The notes under the pieces were generated by a model that made no database searches, was not told the origin of the DNA, and saw nothing but the letters and a program-made list of their open reading frames with translations. Positions 1-4,748 of a stretch of DNA of 5,011 nt are shown one piece after another; position 1 is the first letter of the stretch, and the number at the start of each line of letters is the position of its first letter. The translations under genes were made by a program, and so were the position numbers. The stretch comes from a virus: IMG/VR virus record IMGVR_UViG_3300045988_001808, positions 1-5,011 of that record. One strand, 5' to 3'.

Positions 1-55
1 CCGTCACCAAGATTGCCGACATAATACAAAGTAAAATCTTCAGGATATTTTTTAA
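1..55. repeat. Direct terminal repeat, copy 1 of 2 (identical to 4957..5011). Marks the overlap of a circular contig.
   Basis: Base-by-base comparison shows ccgtcaccaagattgccgacataatacaaagtaaaatcttcaggatattttttaa at both 1..55 and 4957..5011. An ORF reads through the junction in frame, because the 4956-nt period is divisible by 3. Confidence 0.95.
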
Positions 56-185
56 TAAGCATTTTATCATCGTTAACTATACCCTCAAAAGCTCGCAGAG
101 CAAGCATATCATTGTGGTAAACCTGCGGAGGGCTGAACTGTTCAGCCTTGGAATCATAAATGGAATAAAGTCTCAGCGGAACCAT
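1..185 (-). CDS. VP5: VP5-like gokushovirus nonstructural protein, 5' part. The gene wraps the circular junction; the full ORF is 185..1 plus 4956..4851, 96 aa.
   Basis: My manual translation from the ATG at 185..183 is MVPLRLYSIYDSKAEQFSPPQVYHNDMLALRAFEGIVNDDKMLIKKYPEDFTLYYVGNLGDGDGRYYVENSDESHIPVMVGRAIEYVQPVDNDSTK, ending at TGA 4853..4851. As I recall it, the pattern (Y/F)S(I/V)(Y/F)D.K...(F/Y)..P......A.R.F...VN.......PED(F/Y).L...G matches the ORF5/VP5 family of chlamydiaphages and other gokushoviruses. The codons are T-ending like the other genes. The start is uncertain: AAGGAG abuts the ATG with no spacer, and an in-frame TTG at 203..201 is an alternative. Confidence 0.7.
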   Translation of the reverse strand, partial: MVPLRLYSIYDSKAEQFSPPQVYHNDMLALRAFEGIVNDDKMLIKKYPEDFTLYYVGNLGD

Positions 186-393
186 CTCCTTTTCTAAGTG
201 CAACTAAATACCTGCGAATCATAAGATATAACGTAGCTGATATAACATAATAGTCATTATCAAGGCGAATAACTTTAGAATCATCAGGTTTAAGACGGTA
301 AGCGGCATATTTACTTCCACGAAAAGAATAATAAAAAGGAATATTACGCTTACAACAGAAATTACTAACAGCTCTAAACTCACTAATAAGCAT
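154..393 (-). CDS. Hypothetical protein, 79 aa from ATG 393 (the track's 80-aa version starts at GTG 396). No recognisable family.
   Basis: An intact ORF fills the VP4-VP5 gap in a compact genome. It has a very strong T-ending codon bias (CTT ATT AGT ... TGT TGT ... TAT TAT TCT TTT CGT), matching VP1, VP2 and VP4. A promoter sits at 440..412, with GAGGTG just upstream of the ATG. It ends at TGA 156..154 and overlaps the VP5 start by 32 nt in another frame. Confidence 0.65.
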   Translation of the reverse strand: MLISEFRAVSNFCCKRNIPFYYSFRGSKYAAYRLKPDDSKVIRLDNDYYVISATLYLMIRRYLVALRKGDGSAETLFHL

Positions 394-411
394 CACCTCA
401 TTTCCGACTTA

Positions 412-440
412 ATGATAACACAGTCACAATACCTTGTCAA
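412..440 (-). promoter_or_regulatory. Sigma70-type promoter with extended -10, embedded in the 3' end of VP4 and driving ORF80 and VP5.
   Basis: The minus strand reads TTGACA (440..435), 14 nt, TGT (420..418), TATCAT (417..412). That is a consensus -35, a 17-nt spacer, a TGn extension and a 5/6 match at -10. The predicted +1 is near 405, giving a leader of about 12 nt before ATG 393. Confidence 0.6.
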
Positions 441-1335
441 GTTTTCTGCCAAGAAAATGCTTATACTTACCTTCCTGAACGCGGCAGCGGTCAATCAATC
501 GCTCGAAAGTATTGTTCTCCAGGTTATGCAGCATCTTCTCAATACGGTTATTGCGAATAAACTCCATCCAGTGAGGATGCGTTTCATCGAATTTCTTATC
601 GTAATAACGAGGAGGACGCATCTTTCTGCCGTTAATAACAACATAATCGTTAGCATAACACTCTTCACCATGCTCTTCAAGCCATTTTCCGCCTATGCCG
701 GGACGATTGGATGCAAGCATAAACTCAGGCGTACGGCCTTTATAGTGAGCAGCAGCTTTACTGCCAGTCTGCTTTTTAACTATGTAACGGGCGACATAGG
801 CAGCAGCGTCAAAACTAAACTCGCCAATAAGATGCATACCGTATTTCCAGACCTTCGCAAAACGAGAAGAAGTATAAGTATTATAACCGTCTGTACGGAA
901 CCGAAAAATTTTGTCATCAAAATCAATATTAAACAATATGTAATGATAATGGGGACGATCATGAAGCTCACCGTACTCACCACAGCCGAGGAAACGAATA
1001 CCGCTGCCATACTCACGACGAAGATTCTTCATAAAAGTCTGATGAAATTTCTTGCTTAAGCTTTTGTCACGTGGCAAATGATAATCATCAAAAGTGCAAG
1101 TAACGAAATAAGCAGAAGACGAAGAACGGGCTTCGTGAACAGCACGGACAGCCCATTGTCTACTATTTTCGAGACGACAACCGATGCATTGTTTACAAGA
1201 ACAACGAATGAAATGGCTATCGCCAGCAAGCTCAGGGTGAGAGGCAAGGCTACCGTAAAAACTATAATGCTGCTTTCCATTTTTCGTGATCGCTCCTTCG
1301 ACTGGGTACATAAGAATAGGATTATAACAAACCAT
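424..1335 (-). CDS. VP4: VP4 replication initiation protein (HUH rolling-circle endonuclease), 303 aa from ATG 1335.
   Basis: HUH motif HYH at 951..943 within PHYHYILF. Catalytic tyrosine motif YVARYIVKK, with YVARY at 798..784. Rep motif-1-like FVTCTFD. Cys cluster CSCKQCIGCR followed by SRQWAVR, typical of microvirus Reps. AGGTGA (1346..1341) lies 5 nt upstream of ATG 1335. The track's start at 1344 is a GTG inside that SD and is unlikely to be used. Confidence 0.93.
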   Translation of the reverse strand: MVCYNPILMYPVEGAITKNGKQHYSFYGSLASHPELAGDSHFIRCSCKQCIGCRLENSRQWAVRAVHEARSSSSAYFVTCTFDDYHLPRDKSLSKKFHQTFMKNLRREYGSGIRFLGCGEYGELHDRPHYHYILFNIDFDDKIFRFRTDGYNTYTSSRFAKVWKYGMHLIGEFSFDAAAYVARYIVKKQTGSKAAAHYKGRTPEFMLASNRPGIGGKWLEEHGEECYANDYVVINGRKMRPPRYYDKKFDETHPHWMEFIRNNRIEKMLHNLENNTFERLIDRCRVQEGKYKHFLGRKLDKVL

Positions 1336-1352
1336 ATTAATCACCTGTACCG

Positions 1353-1381
1353 ATTGTATCAGGACTAAGTCAGAATGTCAA
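1353..1381 (-). promoter_or_regulatory. Sigma70-type promoter with extended -10 for VP4 (rep).
   Basis: The minus strand reads TTGACA (1381..1376), 14 nt, TGA (1361..1359), TACAAT (1358..1353). The predicted +1 is near 1346, the first A of the AGGTGA SD, so the leader would be only about 11 nt. Confidence 0.65.
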
Positions 1382-1432
1382 ATCCTAAATCCACCTCGTC
1401 CTACTCTTTTGAAATTTCTACGACGAGATCTG

Positions 1433-1463
1433 GAGGTACGCCGGAAAAGACGGCGAGAACCTC
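1433..1463. other. Imperfect hairpin (5 bp + 5 bp, 7-nt loop) in the ORF79-VP4 intergenic region.
   Basis: GAGGT a CGCCG gaaaaga CGGCG aga ACCTC. No U-tract follows on the sense strand, so it is not a canonical terminator. The 7-mer ACGAGGT (sense strand) occurs twice, at 1465..1459 and 1399..1393. Confidence 0.4.
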
Positions 1464-1484
1464 GTTTAGATAAGCGACATCGCC

Positions 1485-1724
1485 TCATTTAGCATCCCTC
1501 CAAGAACCGAAAAAACGGCTAGTTTTTTTAGAATCATTCTTATTAGCAACTGGCTCAACAAGCTGCGCAACATCGGTTTGAAAATCCGAGGCAACTTTTT
1601 TAGCAGTAACAGTATTCGAAGAAGCTCTACCTTTAAGAGCTTCAATTAGATCCACAACTTCCTGAATAAAGGGAACAACAACAGAAACAATAAAAGTTAA
1701 AATCATAGTAGTTTTATTAGACAT
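1485..1724 (-). CDS. Small hypothetical protein, 79 aa, with an N-terminal hydrophobic, transmembrane-like segment.
   Basis: ATG at 1724..1722 lies 9 nt after AAGGAGA (1739..1733), which sits in the last codons and stop of VP2. The codons are strongly T-ending (ACT ACT ATG ATT TTA ACT TTT ATT GTT TCT GTT GTT GTT). The N-terminus MSNK-TTMILTFIVSVVVPFI-QE has a charged head followed by a hydrophobic stretch of about 14-20 aa containing a Pro. The C-terminus is polar and basic. Stop is TGA. Confidence 0.7.
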   Translation of the reverse strand: MSNKTTMILTFIVSVVVPFIQEVVDLIEALKGRASSNTVTAKKVASDFQTDVAQLVEPVANKNDSKKTSRFFGSWRDAK

Positions 1725-1729
1725 AAAAG

Positions 1730-2458
1730 CTATCTCCTTCCAAAATAGCGACCTCCGAGGAAGCCTATAACATTTTTGACAGTAGAACCAACACCGCTAA
1801 CTAAAGACCTAGGAGCACCTGTAAGACTTTCAAGATTTTTATAGAAATCACGTTCCATACCTGCCATTTCAGTTTGGATATTATCAAAAGCAGCGGCAGA
1901 ATTAGCACGATTAGAAGCAGCAATGTTGTTCAAAGCGCCAGAACTAAGGTAAGCACCCTGAAGACGAAGGTTTTCAAGCTCCAAATTCATCTTTTCAAGC
2001 TCATAAGCAAGACGTCTTTCATAAGTCTGATCACGAAGATTCAAATCATTTGCAAGAATACCATTCTGAAGAACTATACCATGGGTGTGCTGACGCATAT
2101 AATCGGCTTCTGCAGCGTTTTTATCAATTTGAGATGCTGCAAGATTCTCGGCGTTCTTAGCCTGCCTTTCAGCGGCACTAGCGGCTCTAGCAGAGTTCAT
2201 GGTAGAACCAATATCACTCATACCTACAGAAGCAGCTGAAGCTCCAGATATAGAACCGCCTATACCATTAGTTGCAGCAAGAACAGGATTAAGACCAGCT
2301 TCACGCATATCATCTACGGCCCATTGATAACGATGTTTATAATTTTCAACGTTCCACTTGTTAGCTTGTTCTGCATTAGCAGAATTGTAATGATTCTGAA
2401 CTGAAGAACCCAAAAGAGAACCAGCGATGCTGCCTAATGTATTAGAGAGCCATGACAT
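1730..2458 (-). CDS. VP2: VP2 minor capsid / DNA pilot protein, 242 aa.
   Basis: Gly/Ser/Ala-rich N-terminus, then NKWNVENYKHRYQWAVDDMREAGLNPVLA. As I recall it, this is the gokushovirus VP2 signature (RYQ...D...AGLNP.LA). A coiled-coil-like segment LAYELEKMNLELENLRLQ follows. It sits directly downstream of VP1. GAAGGAG (2473..2467) overlaps the VP1 stop and lies 8 nt from ATG 2458. Confidence 0.85.
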   Translation of the reverse strand: MSWLSNTLGSIAGSLLGSSVQNHYNSANAEQANKWNVENYKHRYQWAVDDMREAGLNPVLAATNGIGGSISGASAASVGMSDIGSTMNSARAASAAERQAKNAENLAASQIDKNAAEADYMRQHTHGIVLQNGILANDLNLRDQTYERRLAYELEKMNLELENLRLQGAYLSSGALNNIAASNRANSAAAFDNIQTEMAGMERDFYKNLESLTGAPRSLVSGVGSTVKNVIGFLGGRYFGRR

Positions 2459-2472
2459 ATAACCAGCTCCTT

Positions 2473-4137
2473 CTAGAAATGATCAACAAGGCCGGGTGTG
2501 CCAAACATAGGCATAGGACGAACTGTGGTATACCTGAAGCCTACGTCAAGCAAGAACTCAGGCTCATCTTGAACGGCGATAATGCGCTTAATAGGCGGAT
2601 TTTCCGTGATGAATTCTTCATTTAGAGTAGGAGCATTACCGAAGAACTGAGATAAGTGCCAGACATCGAGATTACCACCAGTTACAGAGCTGCGGAATTT
2701 ACCAGTAATCTGCGAAGGCTTGTAACGATATTCGGCATAGCGTTCCTGATAACCGAAAACAGTAACATCAGCTTCAGTACCTTGAGCATAGATCTCACGA
2801 AGCTCAACAGCCTGTTCACCAAGATGGGCGAATGTCGGCCAATAGAAGTCATAAACCGTAGAACGAAGCCACATCTTATTGACGCCTTGCTGATAGGTTA
2901 GATCGGCACGGGCACATACGAAGCCTATAATATAACCGTGTTCAACGAAAGATTTTGTGAACCCATGAAAGTTAGACGCAGTAACGCCGTAAGCGGAAAG
3001 GTTGCCTTGAGGAGAGGTAGTATCGGTTGCGGAAGTCTGAGCTATTGGATTGACCATGACCATTTTGGTGAAGGAGCCTAAAAATTCAGGACGCTGCAGC
3101 CTTGCGTCAGGAGAAACAACGCCGAAGAAAGAGCGCAGCACTTCAGTGTACCGACTACCACCGCGAGCAAGACGTTCATAGAACTTCTGCATCTGGAAAG
3201 CGGTGCGAAGACCGCTGATAGTAATAGCAGAGACATCAGAAAGATCAGCAAGCAAGCCTGATTTGTTACGATTGGAAGTAACAAAAGCAGTTTGCGAAGA
3301 ATTCCATTCGGAACCATCTGCATTACGAAATATCGCGCCAACATTACCAGTCATTCCAATATAGCCAACTGCATTACCAGCGCTATTAGGAGAGAGACCA
3401 AGACGCTGACCATCACCAATAACGGGAGCATTACCAGTAAGGGATATATTAACGCCAGGGCCTTTCTGCGTCCAAGGCAAAGCAGAAGTAAAGTAATCAT
3501 GACGCTTACCGCGAGGGGGGCAAGCAAGTCCTTTCACTATAGCAGTGCCTGAAGAGAAAACCCAAGGGGGCTGTTCAGCGGCTTGGACAGAGTCCAGAAC
3601 TTCGTTGGTATCGCCTTTCTGAATCTTGACGGATTTCTGGAGGTTTTCATCTCGAAACCATTCGTTCCAAATGAGGTATACACCACGAAATGGAAGAGCG
3701 CTAATACCAGATAGATTACCAGACGTATTCACGGGCAAGCCGAAATAGTCCCATAGTGAACCTACATAACCGTTATCAGAGTTACCAGTAGCAGTAACAG
3801 TAGGGATGACATAATCAGTACTATCACCAGGGTCTTCCTGTTCAAAGCAGAAGTTCTGCCAGTGTTCCCAAACGAGGCGGTTTGGTACAAAAAAGAAAAA
3901 CCAGTCCAGATAAATATTATCCATGATAGGCTTAATAGGAGTAGCCAAACGAGCGAAATAATTAACAGACAACTTAGTAGTATCGCCAGGCAGCACTTCG
4001 TCAACGAATACAGGTATGAGCTTGCCTGAATTGAAAGTTGTCTTATAAACGTGCGAGCGGTCAAATTTAGTCCGCCGCATATACATTGCAGGGGCATCGC
4101 TGAAGCGATGACCTCTAACTCTAATATTACGAGCCAA
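2473..4137 (-). CDS. VP1: VP1 major capsid protein (phiX174 F-like jelly roll, gokushovirus type), 554 aa, apparently starting at TTG.
   Basis: Conserved gokushovirus VP1 blocks as I recall them: FDRSH.YKTTFNSGKLIPVFVDEVLPGDT, RHDYFTSALPWTQKG, LRTAFQMQKFYERLARGGSRYTEVLRSFFGV.SPDARLQRPEFLG and DVWHLSQ. The size is typical (about 530-570 aa). The codon at 4137..4135 is TTG, 4 nt downstream of AGGTGA (4147..4142). Confidence 0.95.
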   Translation of the reverse strand: MARNIRVRGHRFSDAPAMYMRRTKFDRSHVYKTTFNSGKLIPVFVDEVLPGDTTKLSVNYFARLATPIKPIMDNIYLDWFFFFVPNRLVWEHWQNFCFEQEDPGDSTDYVIPTVTATGNSDNGYVGSLWDYFGLPVNTSGNLSGISALPFRGVYLIWNEWFRDENLQKSVKIQKGDTNEVLDSVQAAEQPPWVFSSGTAIVKGLACPPRGKRHDYFTSALPWTQKGPGVNISLTGNAPVIGDGQRLGLSPNSAGNAVGYIGMTGNVGAIFRNADGSEWNSSQTAFVTSNRNKSGLLADLSDVSAITISGLRTAFQMQKFYERLARGGSRYTEVLRSFFGVVSPDARLQRPEFLGSFTKMVMVNPIAQTSATDTTSPQGNLSAYGVTASNFHGFTKSFVEHGYIIGFVCARADLTYQQGVNKMWLRSTVYDFYWPTFAHLGEQAVELREIYAQGTEADVTVFGYQERYAEYRYKPSQITGKFRSSVTGGNLDVWHLSQFFGNAPTLNEEFITENPPIKRIIAVQDEPEFLLDVGFRYTTVRPMPMFGTPGLVDHF

Positions 4138-4161
4138 TTTATCACCTTCTTTGGAAGTGTT

Positions 4162-4199
4162 AACCTAAGAATTATCCTAAAGCAAATCATTCTTAGGTT
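4162..4199. other. Perfect 11-bp inverted repeat with a 16-nt loop, just upstream of the VP1 ribosome-binding site.
   Basis: AACCTAAGAAT (4162..4172) pairs with ATTCTTAGGTT (4189..4199). The loop tatcctaaagcaaatc carries a partial third copy (cctaaag). No U-tract follows on the sense strand. Confidence 0.6.
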
Positions 4200-4212
4200 T
4201 TAGATTATTTTT

Positions 4213-4261
4213 GCGTCACCTACGCCAGTTACATCAAGTAAGTAACTGGCTTCGGTGACGC
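4213..4261. other. 49-nt extended hairpin (8 bp + 9 bp, 3x3 internal loop, 9-nt loop) starting immediately after the VP3 stop codon.
   Basis: GCGTCACC tac GCCAGTTAC atcaagtaa GTAACTGGC ttc GGTGACGC. On the sense strand it is followed by AAAAATAAT, with no U-tract. On the antisense strand it is followed by cTATTTTTGTGTTT. Confidence 0.7.
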
Positions 4262-4744
4262 CTATTTTTGTGTTTCTTCATTATTTTGTTCTAAAGTGTT
4301 ACTTTTTTCTTGTGTACTTCCTGTACTAGCGGACGATTGATGTTCGACAGTAGATTCATTGCTACCATATAAACCTTCTCGTTGGAGATAATCGAGCGTT
4401 TCAGGATTGTTCAACTGGCTGATAAAATTCATAGGATCGTGATCGAATTTAGCTCGAACGTAAGCGGGTAAACTGTAGAATTCTTCACGAACTCCAGACA
4501 CAAGCTCTAACGCTGTGCTGTAGTCACCGGGAAGCGTTGCATCTCCGAACTGAAGATAAGCATACTGCGAACTATCGCCGAGATCCAGAGTGGCTATACC
4601 TTTCTGACCATCTGCGTACTTATTGACGATATAGTTAATATCAGTCTCGTCTTTCTCGTCCTGTACGGTTAAAGACGGCATAGTAAATTCAATGCTGCAA
4701 TGGTCATGCTCTTCTACGGGATCATAAGCTGTCTTAAATTTCAT
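4262..4744 (-). CDS. VP3: VP3 internal scaffolding protein, 160 aa.
   Basis: SLTVQDEKDETDINYIVNKY and FYSLPAYVRAKFDHDPMNFISQLNNPETLDYLQREGL match my recollection of the chlamydiaphage-type scaffold family (SLT.Q.....DIN.IV; LPA.(I/V)R..F..(D/N)P..F). It has an acidic, low-complexity C-terminal tail and lies immediately upstream of VP1. Its SD is near-perfect. Confidence 0.85.
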   Translation of the reverse strand: MKFKTAYDPVEEHDHCSIEFTMPSLTVQDEKDETDINYIVNKYADGQKGIATLDLGDSSQYAYLQFGDATLPGDYSTALELVSGVREEFYSLPAYVRAKFDHDPMNFISQLNNPETLDYLQREGLYGSNESTVEHQSSASTGSTQEKSNTLEQNNEETQK

Positions 4745-4748
4745 AGTT

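Noticed and set aside
1-55. Terminal direct repeats as a biological feature (LTR, phage DTR, or attL/attR)
   Set aside because: A conserved ORF reads straight through the junction in frame, and the unit is a typical microvirus size. The 55-nt length is characteristic of a k-mer overlap left on circular contigs by an assembler. Microviruses have circular ssDNA genomes without terminal redundancy.
82-157. ATGA start/stop overlap at 157..154, suggesting a translationally coupled ORF after ORF80
   Set aside because: That frame runs only 25 codons (MIPRLNSSALRRFTTMICLLCELLRV) before a stop. It lies wholly inside the much better supported VP5 frame.
254-270. A second phiX174-origin-like string (sense strand CTTGATAATGAC) inside ORF80
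   Set aside because: Only the CTTGATA core matches the phiX174 origin. There is no associated structure, and matches this short are expected by chance. It is no better supported than the loop match at 4233..4241.
495-1016. 61-aa (495..680) and 78-aa (780..1016) minus-strand ORFs inside VP4, and the 88-aa ORF 3078..3344 inside VP1
   Set aside because: They are +1-frame compositional ORFs. Two rely on non-ATG starts (TTG 680, GTG 1016), and none has an SD.
412-1059. 215-aa plus-strand ORF, the longest unexplained ORF in the track
   Set aside because: It is the codon-aligned antisense frame of VP4. A stop there requires a sense codon TTA, CTA or TCA, and VP4 avoids these because it prefers T-ending codons. 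It has no SD before ATG 412, no recognisable motifs, and every supported gene lies on the other strand.
1874-2239. 121-aa plus-strand ORF antisense to VP2. The same class includes 1078..1368, 2656..2901 and 3292..3552.
   Set aside because: All four are in the codon-aligned antisense frame of VP2, VP4 or VP1 (checked from the coordinates modulo 3). They are shadow ORFs, as above. None has a convincing SD.
3762-4190. 142-aa minus-strand ORF starting in the VP3-VP1 spacer and overlapping the first 125 VP1 codons
   Set aside because: It is in the +1 frame of VP1, and its extreme hydrophobicity is what T-rich wobble positions predict. It has no SD upstream, and its ATG is buried in the 3' arm of the 11-bp hairpin. 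I kept it only as part of the low-priority overprinting finding.
4213-4261. The large hairpin as the terminator of VP3 transcription
   Set aside because: On the sense strand the stem is followed by AAAAATAAT rather than a U-tract, and VP1 has no promoter of its own downstream. Termination here would cut off capsid expression.
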